Numbered from the stretch's first letter, positions 49,286-60,032 are shown. The stretch is DNA of 64,000 nt from Nitrospinales bacterium (GCA_965223345.1 CBDCWG010000007.1:32001-96000), one strand, 5' to 3'. Notes: generated from the sequence alone by a model not told the origin. Program-made: numbers and translations.

Positions 49286-50521
49286 TCAGATGAAAGAGCG
49301 GATGCGGTCGTCCAGCGCCTTCTGGTCCTTGGCGAACGAGCGCAGGGCGGACTGGGTCATCAGGTCGTCGAGCGCGATGGACTCGGGCCACTGGTCGAGC
49401 TTGGGAATCTTGCCGTGCCCGGTGATGGCGTCGAGATCCTGTTGCGTGAACGGATGGAACAGGTTCTGCTCGCGACAGAGCGTTTCCAGTTCTTCTCCGG
49501 TCATCGACTCGATGCCCTGCCGCTGCACCAGTGCGTCCACGAATTCCTTGAACGCATCAGTGACGGTCCACAGGATGTCGAAGCGGCCGCCGGAAAGAGC
49601 GGCGGCGTCGATGCCCGGCGTGATCGCATCGTCCACATGGCTCTTGAGATCATCGGGGGACGCACCGGAATCCTGAAATTCCTTGAGCGCCGCCGGTGGA
49701 ATGGTCTGCACGTCGAGTCCTGCGAGGAAGCCCACCTGCCCGCCGTTTCTGATGCTCGCGCCGATCAGCTTCGTGGTGATCTCGGGAAATTTCTCGCGGA
49801 TCTCGCGGATGCTCTGCTGGGTCGCGAGCGTCACCTTCTCGCCCACCATTTCGCCGCTGCCCATGCCGTTGTCGATGACGACCTGATTGAGCCGGCCCAA
49901 GAACACGTTGACGTAGGCGGGGTTCGAGAGCCTCGCTGCGAGGTAGTTCTGGCGCGCCGAAAAGCCCAGGGTGTAGTTGATGGGCATGCCTTCCAGGCGC
50001 AGCTTGCGCACCGCGAGGTAGCCTTCGGGGGTCAGCGGAATCTTGACGATGAAGTACTGCGGGCACACCTTGTAATAGCGCCGGGCATAGTTCAGCGTGG
50101 TCTCGATGTCGCGCGACATGGCCGGGTGCAGCTCCACGCTCACTTTGACTTTAAAGGCCTGCACCAGCCGCAACGCGATCTTGCAGTTGATGACGAAGCC
50201 GATCTCGGTGATCAGCTCGTCTTCGCTCAAATCGCCGTTGACCTCGCGGATTTTGCTCAGAGTTTCTTTTATCGTTTCGTCCATCACGCCGCTTTGCACC
50301 ACCTGGTTGGCCAGCGTGTTGTTGGTGGTCAACGCCTCGAGTTCTTTTTTCCAGATGGAGCGCGCTTTTTCCAGGTCGCCCGTGTCCACCCACAGCTCGC
50401 TGCCCATCGATTGCAGTTTGGCCAGCAGCGGATGCGATTTGAAGGCGGGACGCCGGCCCTGCACTTCCTCATGCGCCAGGCCGTGAATGACTTCATCCAG
50501 TTTCTGCCCTAGGGTCGTCAT
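49286..50521 (-). CDS. tal: Transaldolase family protein
   Basis: LWVDTGD, TTNN, VSVEL, Schiff-base Lys in IVKIP, NYTLGFS, VFLGRL, GASIRN; in operon with pgi and glk. Confidence 0.8.
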   Translation of the reverse strand: MTTLGQKLDEVIHGLAHEEVQGRRPAFKSHPLLAKLQSMGSELWVDTGDLEKARSIWKKELEALTTNNTLANQVVQSGVMDETIKETLSKIREVNGDLSEDELITEIGFVINCKIALRLVQAFKVKVSVELHPAMSRDIETTLNYARRYYKVCPQYFIVKIPLTPEGYLAVRKLRLEGMPINYTLGFSARQNYLAARLSNPAYVNVFLGRLNQVVIDNGMGSGEMVGEKVTLATQQSIREIREKFPEITTKLIGASIRNGGQVGFLAGLDVQTIPPAALKEFQDSGASPDDLKSHVDDAITPGIDAAALSGGRFDILWTVTDAFKEFVDALVQRQGIESMTGEELETLCREQNLFHPFTQQDLDAITGHGKIPKLDQWPESIALDDLMTQSALRSFAKDQKALDDRIRSFI

Positions 50522-50525
50522 GATG

Positions 50526-51845
50526 CTATCCTTTCGTGAATCCTGGTTTATTCAAAAGCGCGAACATGTTTTTCTTGTAGAATTCGACGCCGGGTTGATC
50601 GAAGGGGTTCACCTCGAACAGGTAACCGGTCATGGCGACGGCCCGTTCGAAAAAGTAGAACAACTGGCCGAGGGAATTGGGGCTGCGGTCCTTGATCGTG
50701 AGGGTCAGGTTGGGAACGCCGCCCTCCCTGTGCGCCAGCGCCGTGCCCTTGTAGGCCTTGTCGTTGACGAAATCGAGGGTCTTGCCGGCGAGGTAGTTCA
50801 AGCCGTCGTCGCGCTCGAAATGCGGAACCTTCAGGTGGCGGTTGGAGGCCTGCGTCATGAGAAACGTCTCGAACAGAATGCGGTTGCCCTCCTGCACCCA
50901 CTGACCGAGGGAATGCAGGTCGGTGGTGTACTCGACGGAGGCGGGAAAGATGCCCTTCTGCTCCTTGCCTTCGCTCTCGCCCGCCAGCTGCTTCCACCAT
51001 TCCAGCACGTAGGACAGGCTGGGGTGAAAGGACGCGAGGATCTCCACGGTCTTTCCCTTGCGGTACAGCAGGTGGCGGATGGCGGCGTACTGATACGACA
51101 GGTTGTCCTCTACGGCCGCGGAATCGGAAGACAGCATCTCCCAGACCTCGGCGCCGTCCATCAGTTCGCGGATGTCGATGCCGGCCACCGCGATCGGTAG
51201 AAGTCCCACCGGGGTCAGCACCGAGTAGCGGCCGCCCACGTCGTCGGGGATGACGAAGGTCGGGTAGCCCTCTTCGTCGGCGAGTTTCTTGAGCGCCCCC
51301 TTGCTCGCGTCGGTGGTGACGACGATGCGCTGCCTGGCGCCGGACTTGCCGTATTTTTTTTCCAGCAGGGTTTTCAATAACCGGAACGCCACCGCTGGTT
51401 CGGTGGTGGTGCCGGACTTGGAGATCACGTTGAGGCAGACGTCCTTGTCCTCGACCAGCTCCATCAGGTCGGCGTGGTAGTCGGAACTCAGGTTGTGGCC
51501 GGCAAAATAAACCTCCGGGTGCTCTTTGCTTTTGACGCGCTGGTTGTCGAAACTGTGATTGAGAAACGAGATGGCGGCGCGCGCGCCCAGGTAGGAGCCG
51601 CCGATGCCGATGCTGATGAACGCGTCGCAGCGTTCGCGGATGCGGTGCGCCGCATCCTCGATGACTTTCAATTCCTCCAGATCCGTGCGCGAAGGCAGGT
51701 GCAGCCAGCCCAGGTAGTCGCTGCCCGCGCCGTCGCCGTTTTCCAGGCTGGCGTGCAGACGGTCGAGGTCCGGTTGCAGTCCGGCGATCTCCGCGTCGGA
51801 AACCCATCCGTCCAGGTTGGTTTGGTCCAGTTCAATGGCGCTCAT
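50526..51845 (-). CDS. pgi: Glucose-6-phosphate isomerase
   Basis: [44 protein letters not shown]. Confidence 0.97.
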   Translation of the reverse strand: MSAIELDQTNLDGWVSDAEIAGLQPDLDRLHASLENGDGAGSDYLGWLHLPSRTDLEELKVIEDAAHRIRERCDAFISIGIGGSYLGARAAISFLNHSFDNQRVKSKEHPEVYFAGHNLSSDYHADLMELVEDKDVCLNVISKSGTTTEPAVAFRLLKTLLEKKYGKSGARQRIVVTTDASKGALKKLADEEGYPTFVIPDDVGGRYSVLTPVGLLPIAVAGIDIRELMDGAEVWEMLSSDSAAVEDNLSYQYAAIRHLLYRKGKTVEILASFHPSLSYVLEWWKQLAGESEGKEQKGIFPASVEYTTDLHSLGQWVQEGNRILFETFLMTQASNRHLKVPHFERDDGLNYLAGKTLDFVNDKAYKGTALAHREGGVPNLTLTIKDRSPNSLGQLFYFFERAVAMTGYLFEVNPFDQPGVEFYKKNMFALLNKPGFTKG

Positions 51846-51989
51846 TCCCGCTCCTCATCGTGAAGACATCTCCCGCTCATGAGGAGAGAAATCGTTTGAC
51901 AATGCATCGGTGCTTATCCATCCTGTAGCGAGGGCGGCGCCCTTTCCCCAGACAAATCAAACCCGTTTTGAGTTCAACCGCTTGGCGTT

Positions 51990-52343
51990 ATGAATTTCAA
52001 GCTCATCGACTTGACGATCGGCACCCTTTCCGGCTTCATTATAGCCTGTACCGTCGTGCAAATCATCCCCGGTCACTGGAATATGTTTGCGGGCATGCTG
52101 GCCGGAGGTGGCATCGGCATGGCTTTCAAATTTTTCCTGCTGTTGCTGCTGGCTCCCTTCTTCGGCGCGTTCGAGGTGATGATCCCCCTGAGCCTGATCG
52201 CCATGGCCGTGGGCATGGGTGCGGGCATGGCCGCCACCGCAGCGCTGTCCGGGACGGCCGTCTGCGCGGCGGGCGGCGTCATCGGGTTGTGTGTCGCGGC
52301 GCTCGTGCTGCGTTCCAACGAAAAACTCGCGCACTTTAACTGA
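51990..52343 (+). CDS. Small Gly/Met-rich four-TM membrane protein
   Basis: Four hydrophobic segments; 10 nt before the methyltransferase gene. Confidence 0.65.
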   Translation: MNFKLIDLTIGTLSGFIIACTVVQIIPGHWNMFAGMLAGGGIGMAFKFFLLLLLAPFFGAFEVMIPLSLIAMAVGMGAGMAATAALSGTAVCAAGGVIGLCVAALVLRSNEKLAHFN

Positions 52344-52353
52344 GATCGCAATC

Positions 52354-52947
52354 ATGGGAGAAAAGGGCTACGACCGCATCGCCGAGGTGTTCGATTTTTT
52401 CCGCCAGGGCGATCTCAAACGCTGGGGGCACATCCAGAGAAAACATTTTGAACAACTGCACGGCAAGGTTCTGCACGTGGGGATCGGCACGGGGCTGGAA
52501 ATCCAGAACTTCCCGCCCGGCCTCGACATCACGGCGATCGATCTCAGTGAAAAGATGCTGGCGCGCGCCCGTACGCGGGCGGCTTCTTACCGGGGCAAGC
52601 TGCACTGTGTGCGCATGAACGCGCAGGCGCTGGCGTTTGCGGACAACCGGTTCGATTCGGTGGCGGCGGTGTGCGTGTTCTGCACCGTGGCCGATCCGGT
52701 ACAAGGATTAAAGGAAGTGCGGCGGGTGCTGAAACCGGGCGGCAAGCTGTTGCTGTTCGAGCACGTCCTGAGCCGCAATCCGCTTTACGGCCTGAGCCTT
52801 CGCTTCATGTCGCTGTTCACCACGGCGCTGGAAGGGACGCATCTCGACCGCAACACGGTGGACAACGTGCGCAAAGCGGGTTTCACCGTAGAGGCGGACC
52901 AGAACGTCTACCTCGACATCGTCAAGGCGATCGTCGCCGTCGCCTGA
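52354..52947 (+). CDS. Class I SAM-dependent methyltransferase
   Basis: VLHVGIGTG, AIDLS..ML, FADNRFD..VFCTV, RRVLKPGG, FEH. Confidence 0.92.
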   Translation: MGEKGYDRIAEVFDFFRQGDLKRWGHIQRKHFEQLHGKVLHVGIGTGLEIQNFPPGLDITAIDLSEKMLARARTRAASYRGKLHCVRMNAQALAFADNRFDSVAAVCVFCTVADPVQGLKEVRRVLKPGGKLLLFEHVLSRNPLYGLSLRFMSLFTTALEGTHLDRNTVDNVRKAGFTVEADQNVYLDIVKAIVAVA

Positions 52948-52958
52948 CGCAGGCGGTC

Positions 52959-54602
52959 TCAACCGGTTTTTGGGGTCTTTGCGGTTTTCGCGGGTTTTGC
53001 AGGCTTGCCGGCGGCGGGCTGTTTGACGCCGGACAGGATGAAGTAGTTTTTGATGTGCTTCTTGTCGATCAGCTGCTTGGCGAAATCCTGCGCTTCGTTC
53101 TTGCCCTCGAAACGCCCGACGCGCACCTTATACCAGTTGCCGCCGGATTTTTTGGGAGACTGGATGGTGTACAACCCCTTGACGCCCTTTTTCTTGAGAG
53201 AAGCCACCATGCGGTTGGCCTGTTTTGAAGAGGTGACGGCGGCGATCTGGATGGTGTAGATCCGGTTTCCGGTCTGCGGCTTGATTTTTTTGGCGATCGG
53301 TTTGGGAGGCGGTTTCACCACCGGCGCTTCCACCTGCACGACCTGCTGCTCGGTCCATTCCTTGTAGTTCCACGCCACGACGCCCACGATCACCAGGATG
53401 AAGATGCCGGCGAATTTGACGAGCAGGCGGGTCTTGCCGAACCGGATGAGCCCGTCCACCAGGCGCAGCCCGACGCCGCGACCCGCGTCGCGAAAGGCCC
53501 GTCCCACGCCCGCAATCGCACCCCGCAGCCTGCCGGTCAGGGACGCATCGAGCCCCATGCGCACCTTCCAGCGGTCCAGTTCCTGAATGTCCTCGGGGCT
53601 GAAAAAATTCACTTTCTTGATCCGGCCGGAGATGCGGCTGTTTTCCACCATGTCCTTGAGCTCGGCCTGGCCCGCGGGATCGAGGGAAAGAAAGGTCTCC
53701 TTGCATTTTTCGTGCAGCGCCGGGTCGATCCCCCGGAGGTGGCCCTTGCAGTAATTCAGCGCGAGGATTTCCTTCAGCTTTTTTTCCACGGCGCGCCGGT
53801 AGGGCAGCGCGTGGTGGTAAAACCACAGCGCAGCCGGGTCGGTGCGGCCGCTCTCCAACAGCGAGGGCAGGACCAGATCGATGATCCTGGGCGAAAACTC
53901 CCGCTGCCGCGATAAAGCGTGCAAGAACAGCGGCTCGGTCTTGGCGGTGTACTGCTTGCGCTGCAGAAACACCGAGGCCAGATGATCGGAGATGAAATCG
54001 TCCTTGTAGTCCTCGGCTTTCAGCATGACCAGAAGCAGGTCGATGTCGTTTTCGGACAGATCGCCGCCCTTGTCGAGGATCGCGAGCAGCGGGGCGCGGA
54101 ATTTTGAGTTTTTCGGGCTCTGCAGGAAGGCTTTGAGATAAACCTTGAGCGCCTCTTCGTCCTCCCGCCCGATGGACAGAAGATAATCGGCGAATTTGCG
54201 CACCACCAGTCCGCGGAAGCGCCGGCCCTGGCCGGGCAGAAAATAGGAGGTGGACGTGAAGTGCAGCAGATCCTCGAACTGCTTGAGCACCGCTTCCTTG
54301 TCGTCCAGTGGGCCCTTGTCTTTGAGCTGGTGGAAGGCGTTGTGGAATTTCTGCTCGCCGATCAGGCCGTAGGCGAAAAAACCGAAAAACACGCAGACCG
54401 CCAGGATCGCCCATTGAATGGTGCCGTCGTCGAACTGGACGTTCGGCAGCGCGATTTCGTGGATGAAATAGAGGGTGAAAAATCCCAGAAACAGGATCAG
54501 GAAAAAAGAGATGCCCACCCGGGCCATGAGGTATTTGAGGGACTGATACCACACGCCCGATTCCGGAAAGATGCGCTCTCCCTGGACTTTCATCACATCC
54601 AC
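52959..54602 (-). CDS. Membrane protein with C-terminal SPOR domain
   Basis: AAGGAG RBS; two N-terminal TMs, a later TM, Pro/Lys linker; YTIQIAA..LKKKG..WYKVRVGRF..A..FAKQL. Confidence 0.85.
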   Translation of the reverse strand: MDVMKVQGERIFPESGVWYQSLKYLMARVGISFFLILFLGFFTLYFIHEIALPNVQFDDGTIQWAILAVCVFFGFFAYGLIGEQKFHNAFHQLKDKGPLDDKEAVLKQFEDLLHFTSTSYFLPGQGRRFRGLVVRKFADYLLSIGREDEEALKVYLKAFLQSPKNSKFRAPLLAILDKGGDLSENDIDLLLVMLKAEDYKDDFISDHLASVFLQRKQYTAKTEPLFLHALSRQREFSPRIIDLVLPSLLESGRTDPAALWFYHHALPYRRAVEKKLKEILALNYCKGHLRGIDPALHEKCKETFLSLDPAGQAELKDMVENSRISGRIKKVNFFSPEDIQELDRWKVRMGLDASLTGRLRGAIAGVGRAFRDAGRGVGLRLVDGLIRFGKTRLLVKFAGIFILVIVGVVAWNYKEWTEQQVVQVEAPVVKPPPKPIAKKIKPQTGNRIYTIQIAAVTSSKQANRMVASLKKKGVKGLYTIQSPKKSGGNWYKVRVGRFEGKNEAQDFAKQLIDKKHIKNYFILSGVKQPAAGKPAKPAKTAKTPKTG

Positions 54603-54608
54603 GCTCCT

Positions 54609-56669
54609 TTAGGGAATGCCGCCGCCGTCGCTGGATGCGGGAAAGGAAAAGATCCCGGTGGCTTCCTGGGGAAACTCCTGCAGCAGATCCTCATCCGGCT
54701 CCTCTTCGGGAAGCGGGCTCAGATCGAGCTCCTCCTTGACCGCCACACGCATCGACTCGATGGCGGAATAATCGGGCTGCCTGCCGGTCTGCACGTCCAC
54801 CTCCACAAATTTGATGCCGGTGGGCACGGGAAACTTGACCTGCTTTTTCCCCTGCAGCGCCTTCTGCATGAAAAACACCCAGATGGGAACGGCGGCGCGG
54901 CCCCCCGTCAGACCGCGGCCGTTGCGGTCGATCATCGGGTCGTTGTTGTCGTAGCCGACCCACACGGAAACCGACAGATCCTTGGTGAAGCCGTTGAACC
55001 AGGCGTCCTTGAAATCGTTGGTGGTGCCGGTCTTGCCGCCCGCCGGGTGCTTGAAGCCCATGCGGCGCACGGTGCGGCCGGTTCCGGCATCGACGACGCC
55101 CTGCATCATGTCCACCAGGGGATACATCAACTCCTGCGAATAGCGCTGCACGCCCTGGTAATAATGCTGGTAGAGCTGGTTGCCGTGGAAATCCTCGATC
55201 TTCTCGATGAAAAACGGTTCGTTGTACACGCCGAGGCTGGCGATCATGCTGTAGGCGGAAGCCATCTCCAGAGGAGAGACGCCGGAGGTTCCGAGAGCCA
55301 GCGACATATTGGCTCCCAGATGGCTTTTGATGCCGAATTTGCGGCCGGTCTCGACCACCTTTTGCGGCGTAACCTTTTCGATGAGCTTGGCGGACACCAC
55401 GTTGATGGAACGCATCAGCGCTTTTTTCAGGATGATGTCGCCGGCGTAGATGTCGCCGAAGTTTTTCGGCTCCCAGGCGGCGGTGCCGGGGATCTCGATG
55501 AAATAGGGTTCGTCTTTCACAACGGTGGCGGGAGAATAGTCCAGCACTTCCATCGCGGTGAGGTACACCAGCGGCTTGAACGAGGAACCGGGCAGCCGGT
55601 TGCTGGAGATGGCGCGGTTGAACTGGCTCAGGGAATAGTTGCGCCCGCCGAGCATGGCGCGCACCGCGCCGCTTTTGTTTTCGATCGCCACCACGGCGGT
55701 CTGCAGCGGCGCGTCCCGCGGCACGATCCCCTCTTCCAGCCCTTCCAGATGCGACTGCGCAGCTTTCAGGGCGAAGCGCTGGTAGCGGCTGTCGAGGGTG
55801 GTGTAGATTTTCAATCCGCCGTAGTGCACGAACTCCTTGCCGTAATCCTTCTCCAGCTTGTCGATCACGAAATTGGCGAAATACAGGTTGGGGTCGGATT
55901 TCTTTTTCGGCGTGACCAGCCCCAGCTCCGAGTTCAGCGCTTCCTCTTTCTGTTCTGCGGTGATGAATTTCTGCCGCTCCATGCGGCTGAGAACCAGTTT
56001 GGCGCGGGCCATCGAACGCTCGAAATTGGTGAACGGGTTGGCGCCCTTCGGGGATTTGGGCAGCCCCGCGAGGATGGCGGCTTGCAGCAGGGTCAACTCC
56101 TTGGCGCGTTTGGCGAAATACACGCGCGACGCCTCCTCGACCCCGTACGCGCCGCTGCCGAAGTAGATCTGGTTGCAGTACGCTTCCAGAATCTGGTCCT
56201 TGTCGAAGGTGGCCTCGAGCTGCGAGGCGATGAGGAATTCCTTGAACTTGCGCACGAATTTGCGCTCGAAGGAGAAGAACAGGTTTTTCGACAACTGCTG
56301 GGTGATGGTGCTGCCGCCCTCGATCCAGCGGCCGGCGCGCAGGTTGACGAACATCGCGCGCAGGAAACCGCGGTGATCCAGACCGTGGTGCGAGTAGAAC
56401 CTCCGGTCCTCGACGGCGAGGATGGCTTTCAGGAAATTCGGCGAGATGTTTTCGATGGAAACCGGCTGGCGCTCGCCGATGATCATGATCCTCTCGCCAT
56501 CCCAGGAGTAGATTTCGGTGGGCAGGCTCAAGTTGATCTTTTCCAGATCGTCGGGAAGCTGCGGCAAATCGCGGCTGTAGGTGAAGTACAGGCCGACGCC
56601 GGTCAATCCTGCAAGCAGCAGGCCCCCGTAAATCAGGAAAAACACTTTATCCAGAATTTTTCGGATCAA
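54609..56669 (-). CDS. Second class A penicillin-binding protein (PBP1A family)
   Basis: EDRRFYSHHGLD, GGSTITQQL; SSFK, SIN and KTG; GGAGG RBS with TTG start. Confidence 0.93.
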   Translation of the reverse strand: MIRKILDKVFFLIYGGLLLAGLTGVGLYFTYSRDLPQLPDDLEKINLSLPTEIYSWDGERIMIIGERQPVSIENISPNFLKAILAVEDRRFYSHHGLDHRGFLRAMFVNLRAGRWIEGGSTITQQLSKNLFFSFERKFVRKFKEFLIASQLEATFDKDQILEAYCNQIYFGSGAYGVEEASRVYFAKRAKELTLLQAAILAGLPKSPKGANPFTNFERSMARAKLVLSRMERQKFITAEQKEEALNSELGLVTPKKKSDPNLYFANFVIDKLEKDYGKEFVHYGGLKIYTTLDSRYQRFALKAAQSHLEGLEEGIVPRDAPLQTAVVAIENKSGAVRAMLGGRNYSLSQFNRAISSNRLPGSSFKPLVYLTAMEVLDYSPATVVKDEPYFIEIPGTAAWEPKNFGDIYAGDIILKKALMRSINVVSAKLIEKVTPQKVVETGRKFGIKSHLGANMSLALGTSGVSPLEMASAYSMIASLGVYNEPFFIEKIEDFHGNQLYQHYYQGVQRYSQELMYPLVDMMQGVVDAGTGRTVRRMGFKHPAGGKTGTTNDFKDAWFNGFTKDLSVSVWVGYDNNDPMIDRNGRGLTGGRAAVPIWVFFMQKALQGKKQVKFPVPTGIKFVEVDVQTGRQPDYSAIESMRVAVKEELDLSPLPEEEPDEDLLQEFPQEATGIFSFPASSDGGGIP

Positions 56670-56896
56670 ACCGACTCTCCTCCGGCACAGAGGGCGCCGA
56701 TGCGCAGGCTATGCGCCGTCATGCAAGCTGAACGGGGACGGGTTCCGGTCCAGCCGCCCCGCTTTAAAATACGCTCCCTCATTTTCGCACATCGAAACGC
56801 AAACCTCACCCTTTTCAATGCCCATATCGGATTCGACCCGCGTTTCTCTTTAAAGAGAGCGGCATCGACAGGATACTGCGGAAAATGTTTTCGGGG

Positions 56897-57802
56897 TTAA
56901 AAAATCTCTCCGGAAGGCGTTTCCAGCGGCAGGGCGTCCTGCGCGGAATCGTCGCCTTCCGATTTTTCGATCTGGGACAGCATGTTGTAGGCGATTTCGA
57001 GCGGCACGGGAATCACGAGGACGCCGGTGTAGTAATCGGTGTCGTACTCGATCCCGAAAATCATGTGCTGGGTGTCGGCGTCGTTGAATTCGTCGGAAAC
57101 CCCCACCCGGGTGACGTGGTAGCCCTTCTCCAGAAACCAGCGGGGTTCGGGGAACACGCCTTTCTGCGTGTCCGGGTCCAGCGTCGCGATGATCGCCAGA
57201 AACTCGTCGATGGAAAAGATCTTGTCTTCCGGGAAATCGACTTCCTCCAGCCGCCCCCGTTTCACGGTGCGCGTGGACTGGATTCCGAACAGGTTGTCCA
57301 CGGAGAGGAATTTTTCCTGGATGGAGACCCCCTGCATGTCGAGAAAACCCAGGGTGATCCAGGGGCCGAACCGTTTGAGGATGACCCGCGACCAGTTTTT
57401 GCGGGCGTCGATCTGAATGAGTTCGTAGGGGGAGATGATGCGTTCGGCCCACGGGCCGGGATAGTCGTAATAAAGATCGAGAAACTTCTGCCGCGACACG
57501 GCGAGCGGAAAGGCCGGGGCGACGGATTCGAACATCTGCTTGAAGGATTCGATCGAATCTGCGGACCGCTCCTGCAGGTCCGCCGTGGTGCGCAGGGACT
57601 GGATTTTGGTCTGGGCGACGAGGGACTGCCGGTCTTTTTCCCAGATGCGGCCGAGCTGCGGCCGTTTATGATTCTGCCATTTGAGGTAGTTGCCGATCCC
57701 GCGCTCGGCGAAATGCCCGAAATACTCCAGCACGGCAAACACCGTCAGCAGCACCAGAAACAGCACACCATGTTTTTGCCTTCCGAAGCGGGAGGATTTC
57801 AC
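56897..57802 (-). CDS. Membrane-anchored hypothetical protein
   Basis: N-terminal TM; 6 nt after the XRE gene; typical coding composition. Confidence 0.75.
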   Translation of the reverse strand: MKSSRFGRQKHGVLFLVLLTVFAVLEYFGHFAERGIGNYLKWQNHKRPQLGRIWEKDRQSLVAQTKIQSLRTTADLQERSADSIESFKQMFESVAPAFPLAVSRQKFLDLYYDYPGPWAERIISPYELIQIDARKNWSRVILKRFGPWITLGFLDMQGVSIQEKFLSVDNLFGIQSTRTVKRGRLEEVDFPEDKIFSIDEFLAIIATLDPDTQKGVFPEPRWFLEKGYHVTRVGVSDEFNDADTQHMIFGIEYDTDYYTGVLVIPVPLEIAYNMLSQIEKSEGDDSAQDALPLETPSGEIF

Positions 57803-57808
57803 GAGCCA

Positions 57809-58468
57809 TCATCTCACGGTTATTTTCTGCACCGACCGGGTGATCATCTTCAGCTTGTCGATTTTTTCCTTGAGCACTTTCTTATCGACCTTTTTGCGGC
57901 CGGGTTTCTTTTTCTTGACGTTCTTCAGGGACTTGGCGGCGGTGCGGGTGCGCTTGGCGAGCACGCGGGGTGCGGCCTTCTTTTTCGCACGGGCCGGGGT
58001 CTTTTTCTTCGCAGACGCGGAATTTCTCGATTTGCCCTTGCCCTCTTTCAATACCTTGTTGATGGTCGCCAGACACTGGGTTTGCAAATCCGAGTCCATT
58101 TTGCGGAAAATCGACACCAGCTTGCGTTCCGAATCATCGACGGTGATCATTTCCTGCTTGGAGGGCTTTTTGAAGGCGACCAGACCGGAACGGAAATTCA
58201 CGGTCCGGACTTCGGGAAAGGCGGCTTTTTTATTTATCGCCTTAACAGGCGAAATATAGCTCTTGTTGACTTCCGTGGTCAGGAGCTGTTCCAGGGATAT
58301 GTTTCCCAGCCTGGCTATCTTGACGAGAATGGAAACCGGGGCGTCCCGCTCTCCCGCTTCGTACCGGACATAAGTCCTAAACCCCACTTTGAGGATGTCC
58401 GCCATCATCGATTGCGTGCAACGGAGTTCCTTGCGTATGGTTTTCAGATTTTTAGCCAGTATTGACAT
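57809..58468 (-). CDS. XRE-family HTH protein with Lys/Arg/Ala-rich histone-like C-terminal tail
   Basis: AAGGAG RBS; LAKNLKTIRKEL..TQ..MADIL.V..RTYVRYEAGERD; tail SAKKKTPARAKKKAAPRVLAKRTRTAAKSLKNVKKKKPGRKK. Confidence 0.88.
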   Translation of the reverse strand: MSILAKNLKTIRKELRCTQSMMADILKVGFRTYVRYEAGERDAPVSILVKIARLGNISLEQLLTTEVNKSYISPVKAINKKAAFPEVRTVNFRSGLVAFKKPSKQEMITVDDSERKLVSIFRKMDSDLQTQCLATINKVLKEGKGKSRNSASAKKKTPARAKKKAAPRVLAKRTRTAAKSLKNVKKKKPGRKKVDKKVLKEKIDKLKMITRSVQKITVR

Positions 58469-58602
58469 CAAACTGTCTCCTTATCCAAAAAAATTTTCCC
58501 AAAATTCCTGTGACAATGCAAACATTCTTTGCCCTCTTTTTCGGGCCGAGAGCACAAAACAGGATACGCGCGGAGCTTTACAGTAACTCCGGGTTTCGGG
58601 TT

Positions 58603-59577
58603 CTAGCGGTTGAGCAACCGGGCGGCGTGCCGGGCGGAATAAGTCAGAATCATTTGAGCCCCGGCGCGTCGAATGCTCAAAAGCACTTCCATCATGGCTG
58701 CATCCCCATCCACCCAGTCCCGCTGTGCGGCGGCCTGGATCATGGCGTATTCTCCGCTGACGTTGTAAGCGGCGACGGGCACCTGCACCTCTTCCCGCAC
58801 CCGGTGGATGATGTCCAGGTAAGACAGGGCCGGTTTCACCATGACCATGTCCGCCCCCTCTTCAATGTCCTGCCAGACTTCGCGCAGGGCTTCGTCGCTG
58901 TTTCCCGGATCCATCTGATACGAACGCCGGTCGCCGAACTGGGGAGTCGAATCCGCCGCTTCACGGAACGGGCCGTAAAAGGCGGAGGCGTATTTCGCAG
59001 CGTAGGACAGAAGAATCGTGTTCTCGTGACCGGTTTCGTCGAGGATGCCGCGAATGGCCTGCACGCGGCCGTCCATCATATCGGAAGGGGCCACGATGTC
59101 CGCACCGGCTTCCGCGTGTGTGAGCGCCATTTTGGACAACAATTCCAGTGTCGGGTCGTTGACGATGGTGTTGCCTTCCACCAGGCCGCAATGGCCGTGG
59201 TCGGTGTATTCGTCGATGCACACGTCGGTGATGACGACCAGCTCCGGAACCGCCGATTTGATGTCGCGGATGGCCCGCTGCACAACCCCGTCGGGGTTGT
59301 AGGCTTCCGACCCGCGCGCGTCTTTTTTATCGGGAATGCCAAACAGGATGACGGCGGGAATGCCCAGTGAATGGGTTTCCTTGACTTCCTTCACCAGTTG
59401 GTCCGCCGACCAGCGGAACACCCCCGGCATGGATGTGATTTCCTGCTTCACCCCTTTGCCTTCGCACACGAAGAACGGGTCGATGAGGTTGTCCACGCTC
59501 AGCGAGGCCTCGCGCACCATTCGGCGCACAGCCGCATGGGCTCGAAGCCTCCTGTATCTATGTATCGGAAACGGCAT
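58603..59577 (-). CDS. hemB: Porphobilinogen synthase (ALA dehydratase)
   Basis: [46 protein letters not shown]. Confidence 0.98.
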   Translation of the reverse strand: MPFPIHRYRRLRAHAAVRRMVREASLSVDNLIDPFFVCEGKGVKQEITSMPGVFRWSADQLVKEVKETHSLGIPAVILFGIPDKKDARGSEAYNPDGVVQRAIRDIKSAVPELVVITDVCIDEYTDHGHCGLVEGNTIVNDPTLELLSKMALTHAEAGADIVAPSDMMDGRVQAIRGILDETGHENTILLSYAAKYASAFYGPFREAADSTPQFGDRRSYQMDPGNSDEALREVWQDIEEGADMVMVKPALSYLDIIHRVREEVQVPVAAYNVSGEYAMIQAAAQRDWVDGDAAMMEVLLSIRRAGAQMILTYSARHAARLLNR

Positions 59578-59949
59578 GGCCAGGGATGCAGGATGAAACG
59601 AAAGGAACGGTTGCGTCCTTGAAAACGGAAAAACGACTATCCAATATTACTTGAGGTTTGTCAAGAGTAGCATGACTCCCTGGAACCATCAACCGGATGA
59701 ATGAAACGCGAAGCGATGCCAAAGCGCAACTGCATGATTTTTGGGAAAACGCCTGCTGAAATTTTTTTTGATTTCCGCGCAACCGGCCAACGCATTCCTT
59801 TTTCATATGTGGCCGTTGAAATTTTGACGCCGGATTTTACCGGCTGGGGAAAAAATGACCGGGGATTTTTGACTCGGCCCCATTGGGCGAATCGGATCAA
59901 ACGGTTATGCTGAAACGGTTTTCTCCAAAACGCCCGCCGCGCGGAGAGG

Positions 59950-59965
59950 TGGCACAACTCTTGCT
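59950..59965 (+). promoter_or_regulatory. sigma-54 promoter
   Basis: TGGCACAACTCTTGCT, full consensus; IHF-like GATCAAACGGTTA at 59895-59907. Confidence 0.8.
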
Positions 59966-60032
59966 CGCATAAAGTTAATTTTATAATTTTCCGCTATTTA
60001 TAGCAAAGATTGCACACTTTTTCAGGAGACAC

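Noticed and set aside
59707..59722. sigma-54 promoter for hemB (TGGCATCGCTTCGC, minus strand)
   Set aside because: GG-to-GC spacing is 9 rather than 10; a TTGACA-type promoter near 59664 is more plausible
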